Below are positions 63,357 to 64,000 of a stretch of 64,000 nt of DNA, in pieces. Source of the stretch: an uncultured Gemmatimonadales bacterium (GTDB taxonomy: Bacteria > Gemmatimonadota > Gemmatimonadetes > Gemmatimonadales > GWC2-71-9). Location of the stretch: contig CAVOPE010000007.1 in assembly GCA_963697755.1 (NCBI GenBank), positions 38,973 through 102,972 on the forward strand, written 5' to 3'. The first letter of the stretch is position 1. Every line of letters begins with the position of its first letter. A model generated the notes under the pieces. It had not been told where the DNA came from and made no database searches. It saw nothing but the letters and a program-made list of their open reading frames with translations. Position numbers and translations under genes: made by a program.

Positions 63357-63815
63357 TCATCGGGCCCGGCGCAAGCGGGTCAGCACGCGGTCCAGTGACG
63401 CGGCGAATGCCCGCTTGGTCTGGGCGTCGTAGGGCGGCGGCCCGCCCGTCACCATCCCGGAGAGCCGCGCCTGCTCCATGAAGTCCCGCACCGAGAGCCG
63501 CTCTCCGATCGTGTCGGCGGTGTGCTCCTCGCCGCGCGGGTCGAGCACGGCCACTCCCTTGGGGACGAGCTGCGCCGCCAACGGCACATCCTGCGTGACC
63601 ACGAGGTCGCCCGCGTCGACGTGGGCCGCGATGTACTGATCCGCCACGTCGGCGCCGCCATCGACCCGGACGGCACTGACCAGCGGATTCCCGGGCGGCG
63701 TCTGCAGCCGCTGGTTCGCGACCAGGACGACCTCCACTACGAGTCGTTTGGCCGCGCGGAACACCAGGTCCTTCACGTCTCTCGGCGCGGCATCGGCATC
63801 CAGCCAGATTCTCAG
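63357..63815 (-). CDS. YaiI/YqxD (UPF0178) family protein; apparent CTG start
   Basis: RIWLDADAAP, LVANQ, DVADQYI, DLVVTQDVPLA and GGPPPY. Confidence 0.88.
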   Translation of the reverse strand: MRIWLDADAAPRDVKDLVFRAAKRLVVEVVLVANQRLQTPPGNPLVSAVRVDGGADVADQYIAAHVDAGDLVVTQDVPLAAQLVPKGVAVLDPRGEEHTADTIGERLSVRDFMEQARLSGMVTGGPPPYDAQTKRAFAASLDRVLTRLRRAR

Positions 63816-63848
63816 CCCGGCCTCGCTTCCCCGTGAGGAGTCCTGGAA

Positions 63849-64000
63849 TTACCCTGTCGGCGGCCGTCCCCGTCGAGCTCGAAGCAGACTGATACCAGCC
63901 GCCACCAAGCCGGCGAGCAGCAACGGATAGATCAGCAGCAGGTCGATCCGGATGTTGCATTCTCCGCCGCACAGCCAGCGCTGCCGCATGCCCGTCTCAT
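63849..64000 (-). CDS. Small membrane protein, 5' end truncated by the window
   Basis: ..ETGMRQRWLCGGECNIRIDLLLIYPLLLAGLVAAGISLLRARRGRPPTG*. Confidence 0.6.
   Translation of the reverse strand, partial: ETGMRQRWLCGGECNIRIDLLLIYPLLLAGLVAAGISLLRARRGRPPTG

Overview
High-GC (roughly 70% by eye) bacterial chromosomal window; gene content and style suggest Gemmatimonadota (inference, not searched). From left to right: an ECF sigma/zinc anti-sigma pair; an alternative complex III operon (actABCDEF, minus strand); trmJ-like, pilT and dinB; a Ser/Thr kinase with a kinase-less paralogue; a nitrogen/branched-chain amino acid cluster (glnA, ilvD, leuA-ilvB-ilvN-ilvC-leuC-leuD-leuB, divergent gltB); TetR, acyl-CoA dehydrogenase and queF; gltA-acs and speA; then, from about 49 kb, an accessory tail of small genes with a truncated Ca2+/H+ antiporter and an IS630 scar. 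Many 1-nt frameshifts, densest at 22.6-29.2 kb, look like long-read errors. The strongest observations are: (1) a stand-alone MerB-like organometallic lyase whose second catalytic Cys is an in-frame UGA followed by a SECIS-like hairpin, i.e. a probable selenoprotein that the ORF track splits in two; (2) back-to-back leader-peptide attenuators on the divergent leuA operon and gltB; (3) a kinase translationally coupled to a kinase-less copy of its own CGC-motif extracytoplasmic domain; (4) a tandem Sm/Hfq-like protein coupled to pilT. No tRNA, rRNA or CRISPR array was seen.
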